Below the pieces are notes generated by a model, which saw only the letters and a list, made by a program, of their open reading frames with translations, was not told the origin of the DNA and made no database searches. Below, in pieces: positions 49,519 to 58,334 of a DNA stretch of 64,000 nucleotides. Source of the DNA: Deltaproteobacteria bacterium (lineage in GTDB: Bacteria; Myxococcota; Kuafuiibacteriia; Kuafuiibacteriales; Kuafuiibacteriaceae); contig JAVJQW010000046.1 in NCBI GenBank assembly GCA_040218735.1, positions 192,001-256,000 on the forward strand, read 5' to 3'. A program made the position numbers and the translations under genes. The stretch's first letter is position 1. Each line of letters opens with the position of its first letter.

Positions 49519-51846
49519 CTAGGACGCGCCGAACGTCGCGCCCACGCGCAAGATGAGTTGCCGGCCGGGCTCGTGGGCGTAGTACCGCAGCAGGCTCGTG
49601 TAGTCGCGGTACCGCGCGTTGAGGAGGTTGCTCAGCTCGACGGACGCGTCCCAGTCCACGCCCCCCGCGACGAAGGACACGGCCGCCGACAACCCGAGCA
49701 ACGTGTACGCGTCGGGCGGGGGCGCGAGGTCGATCTTCGCGTCGAAGCCGCCGCGCGAGAAGACGTACGTCGCAGAGGCGGTCGCACTCGCGGAGGTGTC
49801 ACCTTCGAGCAGGTGATACGTCGCGTAGGCCGTGCCGCGGGGGGGCGGGAGGAACGGCACCGACGCCGCGCGTTCGAGGTCGCGCGCGAAGATGGCGGAC
49901 GCGCGCAGGCCCATCTCGACCATCTCCGCGCGGAACGAGCCGTCGAAGTCCGCGCCGCCGAAGAGCACGTTGCGTTGGATGGTCTCGAAGCGAGGGAACA
50001 CCCCGCGGACGAGGACGTCGACGATCGGTTGGCCGTCGGCGTCGAGCGCGGGGGTGAGGCCGATGTAGCCGTCGACGTAGCTCCCGTAGATCGACGCCTC
50101 CGCGCGCAGCGCGTCGCGTCGCAGGACAAACGTCGTCGATGCGCTCCAGCTCGTCTCCGGCGAAGCGTCGGGACGGCCCAGCGCGAGGATCGGAAACGAC
50201 GGGGCAGTACCGTTGATGTACTGCTCGTCGATCGTCGGCATGCGCGACGCCGTCGACAGATCGAGCTTCAACGACGTGAAGTCGTCGAGCCGCAGGAGGC
50301 CGCCCAGCGAGAGTGACGCGGTGTGGAACGTCGACGGACACGCCGCGACGTCGTCGCTCACCGTGCAGTCTTCGGGCGAGAGGCTCCCCCGCGCGACGTG
50401 CCGCTCGTAGGCGTTGTCGCCGAGGTACGCCGTGCGGCGTAGGCCTTCGTACCGCAGCCCGGCCTCCAGCTCGTAGTCGTCGTGGACCCAGCGTTCGACG
50501 GCGAACGCTGCGCCACCCGCCGCGCGGAAGTTCGGAATCAGCGGCAGCCCGTTGAACACGTTGTCCTGCGCGATCGCGAACACCCCCCAGGTGCCGCGCA
50601 GCTCGCTCGAGGGCGTGACCGCCCAGGGGGTGTGCTCGAGCGCGACGTCGACCGTGTGCGTGCGGAGATCGAAGGAGAACTGCGGGCCCTCGATGGAGCG
50701 GCGCACGATGTCGAATTCGTCGCGGAGGTTTCGCTGGAATGCGTAGGTCGCCTCGACGTGCCCGACGTCGGTCTCCGCATCGAACCGCAGCGTACCGACG
50801 TCGTGGGTCACGGCTTGTTTCGGGCGGTCGATTTCGTACGCGACGTCGTATCGTTCGTACCCCTGGGGGCGGTCCCGATTCAGCTGAGCGAGGAAGTCGT
50901 CGTTGGTGTCGTTCTCGACGCAGGTGCAGACGCCGTTCGTCAGATCGTTGTGGCGCAGCGATAGCTCGAGCCCGAACCCCTCGCCTTGGTACTTGGCGCG
51001 CGCGCCGGCGTTCCACTCGAAGACGCCGGTGTTGTCGAGCGGGTAGTCGGGCGTCGACAGCGCAGCGCCGCGGCTGACGTTGCCCTCGATGCGCCAGCTC
51101 AGGGCGTCGAAGTGGTTCCCGTCGACGCGCCCCGCGAACGTACCGCGGCGCCCGTTGAGTGCGCCGACGACGTCCGCGCGCGCTTCGAGGCCCGGCTCCG
51201 TGCGGAGCGCGTGGGGCTCGACGAGCAACACACCCCCGAGCGCGTCGGCCCCGTAGCGCACCGCCGCCGCGCCCTTCACGACGGTGAGCGCACCGGCGGC
51301 GAACGGATCGATCTCCGGTCCGTGGTCGAGGCCCCAGTCCTGGCTCTCGTGCCGCACGCCGTCGAACAGCACCAAGACCCGCGCGCCCGACTGTCCCCGG
51401 ACGATCGGTTTTGCGACCGCGCCGGCGCGGAGCACTTCGACGCCGGACACTTCGGCGAGCGCGTCGGCGAGCGTGCGCCCGCGCGTCCGTGCGAGCGCTT
51501 CACCCTCCAACCGCACCGCGGAGCGGGTGTCCTCTCGCCGCAACGCGGGCGCCGACACCACGACGTCGTCCATGCGCGTGATTCGGTAGGGCTCCAGCGC
51601 CGCGCGGATCGGTGTGGCTCCGTCGGAGCTCACTTGGTGCGGACGGTAGTCCGCGCGTTCGATGATGACGTCCTGTCGTCCGCAGGGGGCGTCGACCGCG
51701 AAGTCTCCACGCACGTCCGTGTTCGTCGAAGTCTCGGCGACGCGAACGCGAGCATCCTCGATCGCTTCGCCGGTCGTCGCGTCCACGACGCGCCCCTCGA
51801 ACGTGCACGCCTGGCTCGCGACGAACAGGAGCCACCACGTGGTCAT
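49519..51846 (-). CDS. TonB-dependent receptor (probable transition-metal uptake)
   Basis: N-terminal carboxypeptidase-regulatory-like domain; plug 'KPIVRG', 'WGLDHGPEIDP', 'YGADALGG'; C-terminal 'NLLN..Y...PGR'; CxC motif. Confidence 0.92.
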   Translation of the reverse strand: MTTWWLLFVASQACTFEGRVVDATTGEAIEDARVRVAETSTNTDVRGDFAVDAPCGRQDVIIERADYRPHQVSSDGATPIRAALEPYRITRMDDVVVSAPALRREDTRSAVRLEGEALARTRGRTLADALAEVSGVEVLRAGAVAKPIVRGQSGARVLVLFDGVRHESQDWGLDHGPEIDPFAAGALTVVKGAAAVRYGADALGGVLLVEPHALRTEPGLEARADVVGALNGRRGTFAGRVDGNHFDALSWRIEGNVSRGAALSTPDYPLDNTGVFEWNAGARAKYQGEGFGLELSLRHNDLTNGVCTCVENDTNDDFLAQLNRDRPQGYERYDVAYEIDRPKQAVTHDVGTLRFDAETDVGHVEATYAFQRNLRDEFDIVRRSIEGPQFSFDLRTHTVDVALEHTPWAVTPSSELRGTWGVFAIAQDNVFNGLPLIPNFRAAGGAAFAVERWVHDDYELEAGLRYEGLRRTAYLGDNAYERHVARGSLSPEDCTVSDDVAACPSTFHTASLSLGGLLRLDDFTSLKLDLSTASRMPTIDEQYINGTAPSFPILALGRPDASPETSWSASTTFVLRRDALRAEASIYGSYVDGYIGLTPALDADGQPIVDVLVRGVFPRFETIQRNVLFGGADFDGSFRAEMVEMGLRASAIFARDLERAASVPFLPPPRGTAYATYHLLEGDTSASATASATYVFSRGGFDAKIDLAPPPDAYTLLGLSAAVSFVAGGVDWDASVELSNLLNARYRDYTSLLRYYAHEPGRQLILRVGATFGAS

Positions 51847-52865
51847 CGTCGTCCCATCGCGTCGAGGAGCGACCGCGCGGCACCTTCGTAACGCGTGCCC
51901 TCCAACGTGCGCGCGAGCTTCGTCGCGCGGTCGAACGTGCCGAGCGCGAAGTGTGCATAGGCCAGGCGATACCGCATGACGGCGCTCTCGAGCGCACCCT
52001 CCGGCAGCACCTCACTCGACGCCACGACGCGCGCGTAGCTCTTCCGGTCGAACAGGATCTCGATACGCTGCGGGTCGCGTTTCGCGGCGTCCTCCACCCG
52101 TGCGTTCCAGCGCAGCGCCGCCTCGTACTCCCCCGTCACGCGGTACTGGTCCGCGGCCTCGAACGCATAGTCGCCGCCGAGCTGCGTCGCGCGCTCGAAG
52201 AGGTGGGCCGCGACGTGGTGCGCCTCCGCGACTCCGTACGCGATCCCGAGGTGCGCCCAGATCTCCGCGTCGTCCTCGAATCGGTGCGCCGCCGTCTCCA
52301 GCATCGGCAGCGCGCGACGTGACCCTTCGAAGACGTGGAACAGCGCGAGGGTCTGCGCGCGGTCGAGCCCGACCTCGACGAGTGTCCGTGCCGTGGCGAT
52401 CGCGTGGTGCTCCAGGCCTAGCGCCATCGCGACGTCCGTTCGCTCCAGCAGGATTCGAGGCTCGTCGCGCTCACTCAGCACTTCGAAGGCCTCCTGCAGC
52501 CGGTCGAGTCGCCGAAGCGCACGCGCCATCAGGAGGGGCTTCGCGACCGCGTCGACGTCCGCCCGCCGCGCGAAGTCGAGCGCGGTCTCCGGCCGATCCG
52601 CCAGGAGCGCGGCGTGGCTCGCGTGGAGGAGGAGCCGAGCGTCTTCGGGGGTCGCTTCGAGCGCGCGCGCGAACGCCGCCGTGGCACCCGCGGCGTCGTC
52701 GCGAGCAAGCAGGAGCACGCCTCGCAAGCGATCTTGCAAGCGGGGGTCGAGCGCTTCGATCGCGGCGGCCGCTTCGTCGAGGTGGCCCGCATCGATCATC
52801 CGCTGGACGTCGTCAGCGGAAGGTGCGGCGGCCGAGAGCAGCGCGATGGCGAGCAGCGCGTTCAT
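51843..52865 (-). CDS. Periplasmic TPR protein (TtpD-like)
   Basis: Signal peptide, helical TPR-like repeats, ATGA overlaps on both sides. Confidence 0.75.
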   Translation of the reverse strand: MNALLAIALLSAAAPSADDVQRMIDAGHLDEAAAAIEALDPRLQDRLRGVLLLARDDAAGATAAFARALEATPEDARLLLHASHAALLADRPETALDFARRADVDAVAKPLLMARALRRLDRLQEAFEVLSERDEPRILLERTDVAMALGLEHHAIATARTLVEVGLDRAQTLALFHVFEGSRRALPMLETAAHRFEDDAEIWAHLGIAYGVAEAHHVAAHLFERATQLGGDYAFEAADQYRVTGEYEAALRWNARVEDAAKRDPQRIEILFDRKSYARVVASSEVLPEGALESAVMRYRLAYAHFALGTFDRATKLARTLEGTRYEGAARSLLDAMGRR

Positions 52866-53512
52866 CGCAACCGGAACACCATCCGTTGTTCGATCGTGCT
52901 GGCGAGCGGCTTGCCGTCGAGCTGCGCGGGTCGGAAGACGTAGCGTCGCACCGCCGCGACGGCGGCGGATTCGAAGACGCCCTCCGGAGTGGCAGAGACG
53001 ACGACCACGTCCACCACGCGTCCGTCCGCGTCCAGCCTCAGCCGCATCACGACCTCCCCCTCGATGCCGCGACGCCGCGCGGCCGACGGGTAACGCGGCG
53101 CGGGCCGACGCACCGCGCGCGCCGGGGTGTCTGGTTCCCCGGGGGGCGAGGCTTCGGGCGCGACGCCGGGGAGCGCGCCGAGGGCGAGCTGAAGACCGCC
53201 GAGGCCCTCGAGCGCCGATCCCATCGCGTGCACCGGGTGCTGCTCTCCGTACTCGGGGATGCGGGCGGGCTCCAGCTGAGGTGCTGGCGCGGCGACCCGC
53301 GCAGCGGGGGCCTGCGGCTCGGGGATCTGCGCGAGGTGTGGCGCCGGAGGGGGGCGAGGCGCGGGCGCGACGGTCACCGGCCCACGACGGACGGCTTCCT
53401 GCTCCGGCGGGTGCGGCGGCGGGGTGTTCACCCACGCGACGAGGACGAGGCTCGCGGCGGTCGTCGCGACGCCGACGAACAACGAGCCACCGCGCCGGAG
53501 GAACCGCATCAC
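52862..53512 (-). CDS. tonB: Energy transducer TonB
   Basis: TM, Pro-rich linker, 'PRYP..ARRRGIEG.V', 'FRPA..DG'. Confidence 0.92.
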   Translation of the reverse strand: MMRFLRRGGSLFVGVATTAASLVLVAWVNTPPPHPPEQEAVRRGPVTVAPAPRPPPAPHLAQIPEPQAPAARVAAPAPQLEPARIPEYGEQHPVHAMGSALEGLGGLQLALGALPGVAPEASPPGEPDTPARAVRRPAPRYPSAARRRGIEGEVVMRLRLDADGRVVDVVVVSATPEGVFESAAVAAVRRYVFRPAQLDGKPLASTIEQRMVFRLR

Positions 53513-53916
53513 TCCTGCTCCACCGACAGCGCAACTTGGCTTGCGCCCGCGAGTCGGCAGTCGTCCATCACGTCTACGAGCGTCGCGGCGTCGACGGCGC
53601 GGTCCGCGACGACGAGCACCGACTTCTCGGCGTAGTGCGAGAGGCGGTCCTTCACCTCGGCCTGGAGTCGCCAGGGACTCGTGGGGCGACCGTCCACCGT
53701 CAGCTCGTGCTGGTCGCGGACGGCGACTCGCACGATCTGGTTAGGGAGCTCGCGCCCCGACGCCGCCGCCGGTCGATCCACGTCGATACCGAGGTCACGC
53801 GCAAACGTCGTCGTGACCACGAAGAAGATCAGGAGGATGAACACGATGTCGATCAGGGGCGCGACGTTGGGTTCGTCCGACGCGGTCGGCCCGCCGCTGA
53901 CTTCGCCGAGCCTCAT
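53509..53916 (-). CDS. exbD: Biopolymer transport protein ExbD
   Basis: 'NVAPLIDIVFILLIFFVV'. Confidence 0.95.
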   Translation of the reverse strand: MRLGEVSGGPTASDEPNVAPLIDIVFILLIFFVVTTTFARDLGIDVDRPAAASGRELPNQIVRVAVRDQHELTVDGRPTSPWRLQAEVKDRLSHYAEKSVLVVADRAVDAATLVDVMDDCRLAGASQVALSVEQE

Positions 53917-54419
53917 CGCGTGCCCCCCCGCAGGAGGAGGGTGCGCGCGCGGTCGAGCTCGGCGGCGAGGCGGAGCTCGCGCCGCTCGAGCAGGCGCGAA
54001 GCGACCAGACCCGGCGCCCCGATGACGAGGCCGAGCTGAGTCGTCACGAGGGCGGTGCTGATACCGCCCGCGACGCTCGACTCCGTCCCGACGGAGCCGC
54101 CGTGTAACGAGCCGAACATCTCGACCATCCCGCCGACGGTGCCGAGGAGGCCCAACAACGGCGCCACCGCCGCCAGGACGCGGAGGACACTCCGATACTG
54201 CGCGAGGCGATCCCGGGCGCGCTCGTGCAGCACGGCCAGGCCGAGCCTTGCGTCACGCGCCTCCGCGACGAACGTCGAGACGACGCCCGAAGGCCCGTGC
54301 GGATCGAGCAGCGCCGACCAGCGCAGCGTGATCGCCGTCCACAGCAGCACCGAAACCGCGACGAGCGCCCAGCTCACCCAGCCCCCTTGCTGCAAGATGA
54401 CTTGCACGCGGTCGATCAC
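53913..54419 (-). CDS. exbB: ExbB proton channel
   Basis: 'APLLGLLGTV.GM', 'GGISTALVTTQLGL'. Confidence 0.9.
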   Translation of the reverse strand: MIDRVQVILQQGGWVSWALVAVSVLLWTAITLRWSALLDPHGPSGVVSTFVAEARDARLGLAVLHERARDRLAQYRSVLRVLAAVAPLLGLLGTVGGMVEMFGSLHGGSVGTESSVAGGISTALVTTQLGLVIGAPGLVASRLLERRELRLAAELDRARTLLLRGGTR

Positions 54420-55633
54420 GACTTCGACCCCTTCAACCGATCCACGACCGCGGTCTCGATGCGGCCGAGGAGCCGGCCCACCGCGCGGTGCAGACCGGTG
54501 TGGAAGAGTAGGGCGGGCACCGCGACCATGAGCCCGAGCTGCGTGGTGAGGAGCGCCTCCGAGATTCCGCCCGATAGGAGGCGAGGGTCTCCGGTGCCGT
54601 GCTCGGTGATGACGGCGAACGTGCCGATCATCCCGGTCACCGTCCCGAGGAGCCCGAGGAGCGGGGCCACCGCAGCGATCAGCGCGAGGAACGAGAGGCC
54701 CCGCAGCAGGCGGGCCTTCAGGCGCAACAGCACATCGACGGCGTCGTCCTCTGCCGTCTCGGCCGGACCGCCGAACACGTCGTGGAGGCGGTCGAGGTGT
54801 TCATCGCCGGTCTTGGCGTCCGGGTTGCGGACAAACGCCGCCGCGGTCGTTCGCCAGCGCAGCAGGTACAGCGAGCGCTCGCCGATCAACACCACGCCGA
54901 TCGCCGCGAGGAGCAACAACGGCCACATGATGAAGCCGCCCGATTCGACCCAGTCGAGCGCGGTCCGCTCCACGTACCGATCGACCGTGGGTGGCTCGCG
55001 GGGATCGAAGAGCACCAGGTTCACACCGCTGATGTCGCCGATCGCCGTCACGTCGTTCGCACGCTCGGGCACCTCGGCCCACGCACCGTCCGCGACTTGC
55101 ACCAGCGGCCGCGCGGGGTGCGTCCAGGTCACGGCTCCCACCGCGCCGATCCGCAACACGTCGGCGCGCTGCGGCGCGCCGGCGGCGTCGAAGTATTCGG
55201 TGTTGGTGTCGAGGTGTACGCGGAAGCGCTGGCGCACGCGGGCCAGCGCGGCGTCGACACGTTCGACGAGCGGAGGCCCGTCACCGATCTGGAGTCCGCG
55301 CGCGTCGGCGTAGGTACGTATCTGCTCGTCGAGCTGCACGAGCTGACGCGCCTGATCCTCGGCGTAGTGCAGACGTTCGTCGTGGGGGAGCGCCTCGGTC
55401 GCCTCGGCGTTTTGGGCGCGCAGCTTCACGAGCTGCTCGGTGAGACGCTCGATGTCGCCGGCCACGGCGTTCTTCGCCGCCTTTGTGTTCTTCTCGGCCC
55501 GTTCGAGCGTCTCCTCCAGCTGCTTCTTCTCGCGCTGGAGGACGTCGATCTCCTGGTCCAGCGCGGACGACAGATCCCCGGCCCACGCCGGGGACGCCGC
55601 ACACAGCACCAGGAGCGCCGGGCCGAGCCTCAC
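54416..55633 (-). CDS. Long ExbB-family protein (TtpC-like) with periplasmic N-terminal domain
   Basis: Signal peptide, coiled coil, C-terminal 'APLLGLLGTVTGMI..F...GDP..LSGGISEAL'; GTG 55633. Confidence 0.88.
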   Translation of the reverse strand: MRLGPALLVLCAASPAWAGDLSSALDQEIDVLQREKKQLEETLERAEKNTKAAKNAVAGDIERLTEQLVKLRAQNAEATEALPHDERLHYAEDQARQLVQLDEQIRTYADARGLQIGDGPPLVERVDAALARVRQRFRVHLDTNTEYFDAAGAPQRADVLRIGAVGAVTWTHPARPLVQVADGAWAEVPERANDVTAIGDISGVNLVLFDPREPPTVDRYVERTALDWVESGGFIMWPLLLLAAIGVVLIGERSLYLLRWRTTAAAFVRNPDAKTGDEHLDRLHDVFGGPAETAEDDAVDVLLRLKARLLRGLSFLALIAAVAPLLGLLGTVTGMIGTFAVITEHGTGDPRLLSGGISEALLTTQLGLMVAVPALLFHTGLHRAVGRLLGRIETAVVDRLKGSKS

Positions 55634-56382
55634 TTCGGAGCCCCCTCGTACACGAGGACGCGCTGGGGCCCCTGCACTCGGTTCGTCTCGAACGCGGCGA
55701 ACAGCGACTCCACGATCACCTTCGCCTCGTCGTCCTCGAGCCATTCGAAGCGCCACCCCGCGTCGCCGTTCGGCCGCGCCCACCCGAGCCGACCGTCGGT
55801 CGCGCGGAAGTACATCAGCGCCATCGAGACGTGCACGACATCGACGAGGCGCCGCTCGCCGCCGATCGAGACCGTCTGCTGTGCGCGCCCCGTCTCACGT
55901 CCGAGCGCCTCCTCCTCTTCGACGAAGCGCCACAACCGGGAGAGCGCCCCCGAGAGATCCGGGTGCTGCCCCTCCAGCTCGCGTTCGATGCGCTGAAGCT
56001 GCTCGAGGCGCTCCACCGCCTTGTAGGGGAGCGACACGTGGACGTGGGCTTTCGCCTTCGCCACCGCTTGGCGGATCGGGTCGCGCCACTTCTCCGTGCC
56101 GTCCTCCAGGCCCATCGCCCGGTCGCGCCGCTCCTGTGCGAGCTGCGCGAGGGTCTGCGATCGGATCTGCTCGAGCCGAAGCTGTCGCTCGAGGTCCGCG
56201 CGCTCCGCGTGGAGCGCCGCGAGATCGTCTTGCGCGCGCCGCCGCTGGTCGCGGAGGCGTTCGGCGATCTCGTCGACCTCGATACGAAGACGGCTCACGC
56301 GGTCCGCCCGATCCCCGGGCGGCGCAGCGTGCGCCGTCGCGCTCGCGAACAACACGAGCGCGACGAACACCACGCGGCGCAT
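55630..56382 (-). CDS. DUF3450 family protein (TtpB-like)
   Basis: Signal peptide, coiled coil, 'LPY...ER', position upstream of the TtpC-like gene. Confidence 0.78.
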   Translation of the reverse strand: MRRVVFVALVLFASATAHAAPPGDRADRVSRLRIEVDEIAERLRDQRRRAQDDLAALHAERADLERQLRLEQIRSQTLAQLAQERRDRAMGLEDGTEKWRDPIRQAVAKAKAHVHVSLPYKAVERLEQLQRIERELEGQHPDLSGALSRLWRFVEEEEALGRETGRAQQTVSIGGERRLVDVVHVSMALMYFRATDGRLGWARPNGDAGWRFEWLEDDEAKVIVESLFAAFETNRVQGPQRVLVYEGAPK

Positions 56383-56384
56383 GG

Positions 56385-56987
56385 CTACTGGACCGTCACG
56401 TCGAACGTGACCGACACGTCGCTGTCCCCGGGCAAGGCAGTGATGCCACCCGACGCCGCGGTGCTCGCGAGATCCGCGACCTTGAGCACCCCGTCTTCGC
56501 TCGGGAGGTGACGCAGCGTCAGCGTCAGCGATCCCGTGCCGGCCCGCTCCGCGACGATCGTGTTGTCGAGGCCGACCGGCAGCCCGTCGTCGTCCATATC
56601 CGCGTAGCTGTGGGTGAGGATCGCGTCCGTGTTGCTCGTCGCGGGGCCGCTCACCGCGTCCCCGGTGAAGAACAGCTGGTGCTCGTCGGCCTCCTCACGG
56701 ACCTCCGCCGTGATGTCCTCGGCCGGAGACTCCAGCCCGTTCTCGAGCTGCACCGTGACCGCGTAGGTGGAGCTGGCCGTCAGCGCGATGCCGTCGATCG
56801 TGGGCGCCGCACCGCCGTCGCCGTCGGGGTCGTTGAAGGTGGCCACGACGCGGTCGACGCCCGCGGTGAACGTGAGGCGTACGATCGTGATGACCTCCTG
56901 TTCGTTGTGGTCGTGCGGATCCGTGACATCGCTTCCGCAGGCAGAGATGAAGAGAGCGGCGGCCGCCGCCGAAATGAGCTTGTGCAT
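56385..56987 (-). CDS. His-containing lipoprotein associated with TonB-dependent receptor
   Basis: SD GGAGGA; lipobox ISAC; 'PHDHNEQEVIT', 'DPDGDGG', 'EEADEHQLFF', 'LRH.P'. Confidence 0.85.
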   Translation of the reverse strand: MHKLISAAAAALFISACGSDVTDPHDHNEQEVITIVRLTFTAGVDRVVATFNDPDGDGGAAPTIDGIALTASSTYAVTVQLENGLESPAEDITAEVREEADEHQLFFTGDAVSGPATSNTDAILTHSYADMDDDGLPVGLDNTIVAERAGTGSLTLTLRHLPSEDGVLKVADLASTAASGGITALPGDSDVSVTFDVTVQ

Positions 56988-57058
56988 AGGTAGTCCTCCG
57001 GCGCACGCACGTCGGCGCGCGCATCACCAAATCGATATCGAGACGTTGTCGCGAGCGA

Positions 57059-57427
57059 TCAGGCGGTTGGAGGTGAGGACTTCGGCGCGAGACGCAGGAG
57101 CGCGATGGGGTGCGCGACCCAGGCCGTGGCCGCTGCCGACGAGCCCAGGTAGGCGACGGTGCCGCTCGAACCCGGCCGCACGTCGTCCTGCGACGCGTCC
57201 ACCGAGAAGTCGGCGACGCAGTGATCCGCGTGCGCCTCCTCGGCCGGCAGCGCCGCCCAGGACGGTACCGCGGGTGTGTCCGCCGCGTGGTCCTGTGCGT
57301 GGATGCGTTCCCCGTGTTCGGGGCAAATCGCGTGTTCGCGCTCCTCGTGAGCCGCCGCGCCGAGCTGCGCGCCCACGAAGAAGGTCATCACCGCGATGGC
57401 GGCGATGCGCTGCGAAACCGATCGCAT
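57059..57427 (-). CDS. His/Cys-rich exported leader protein (DUF2946-like architecture) ending APKSSPP
   Basis: Hydrophobic N-terminus; 8 His, 2 Cys ('HEEREHAICPEHGERIH', 'HADHC'); Pro-Pro C-terminus; start ATG 57427 or GTG 57430. Confidence 0.7.
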   Translation of the reverse strand: MRSVSQRIAAIAVMTFFVGAQLGAAAHEEREHAICPEHGERIHAQDHAADTPAVPSWAALPAEEAHADHCVADFSVDASQDDVRPGSSGTVAYLGSSAAATAWVAHPIALLRLAPKSSPPTA

Positions 57428-57435
57428 CACTCTCA

Positions 57436-57464
57436 CCGGTACGAGCCGTGATGGCCGTTGTCAA
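57436..57464 (-). promoter_or_regulatory. Putative sigma70 promoter of the TonB operon (leaderless)
   Basis: Perfect TTGACA-N17-TACCGG, 8 nt before ATG 57427. Confidence 0.6.
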
Positions 57465-57466
57465 TG

Positions 57467-57847
57467 TTACTCGATGTCGTCGAGGCTGATCGGGAACAGG
57501 TTGCAGCCGTCCGGGGACAGATCGAAGCGCTCGTCGTCCCGCGCGATCACGTCGCCCAGGTCGTCGTAGCCGACGATCAGCACGTACAGCTCCGTGGACT
57601 CCGCGATCGGTGGATCCAGCTCCACGCCGATCGAAGTCATCCCGTCGTCGAGGCCGTCACCGATCGCGTAGGTACGCTTCACCCGCTGGTCCGCCCACTC
57701 GATGGACACCTCGATGTCCGTGACGGTCCCGTCCACGTCATCGTCGACGGTGATCTCCAGCTCGAACGCCGGCGGGTGCTCCCGACACACGTCGAGGTCA
57801 CACGCCGCGAGCGCCCACGAGACCGCGAAGAGCGCGAGCCACCGCAC
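57467..57847 (-). CDS. Hypothetical acidic lipoprotein
   Basis: GTG 57847; lipobox LAAC; two further Cys. Confidence 0.7.
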   Translation of the reverse strand: MRWLALFAVSWALAACDLDVCREHPPAFELEITVDDDVDGTVTDIEVSIEWADQRVKRTYAIGDGLDDGMTSIGVELDPPIAESTELYVLIVGYDDLGDVIARDDERFDLSPDGCNLFPISLDDIE

Positions 57848-57848
57848 G

Positions 57849-58331
57849 TCAGAACCGCTCCCAGTCCCGCGTCGACGTGTTGCCCAACTCACCCTCCGGG
57901 ACGAAGTCACCGCCGCTCGCCAGCACGAATCCCGTCGCGACGACCGCTGCGGCGACCACCCCCGCCAACGCGAGGAACCACGTCCGCGTGATGATCGGCG
58001 CGCCTTGCCCCTCCTGGTCGGTGCGAATGCCGAGCCGCTCCGCCGGGCTGATGCGCGGGATCGCGCGCGGCGTCACGACCGCTTCGATCCGCGAGAACGC
58101 GTCCTTCTCGATCGTCACCCGCGCGACGAACCGGCCGTAGCCGATCTCCTCGACCTCGACCTCGTGCTCCCCCACGGGCAGGCGCAGCGTCGGCATCGGC
58201 GTCCGCCCCACGCGTCGACCGTCCACGCGCACGATCGCGCCCTGCGCGTCCGTCACGACGAGCAGGTAACCGAAGTCGGCGGTTGTCGTGCTGGTCTGCG
58301 CGAGCGCGAGGAGGAGGAGCGCGGGCGTCAC
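57849..58331 (-). CDS. PEGA-domain membrane protein
   Basis: 'GAIVRVDGRRVGRTP...LPVGEHEV'; C-terminal TM. Confidence 0.82.
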   Translation of the reverse strand: MTPALLLLALAQTSTTTADFGYLLVVTDAQGAIVRVDGRRVGRTPMPTLRLPVGEHEVEVEEIGYGRFVARVTIEKDAFSRIEAVVTPRAIPRISPAERLGIRTDQEGQGAPIITRTWFLALAGVVAAAVVATGFVLASGGDFVPEGELGNTSTRDWERF

Positions 58332-58334
58332 GCC

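Noticed and set aside
57024-57464. Alternative 146-aa minus-strand ORF overlapping the His-rich leader
   Set aside because: Arg/Gly-rich shadow frame that starts within the -35 box; the 57059 frame has a signal-like N-terminus and coherent metal-binding motifs.
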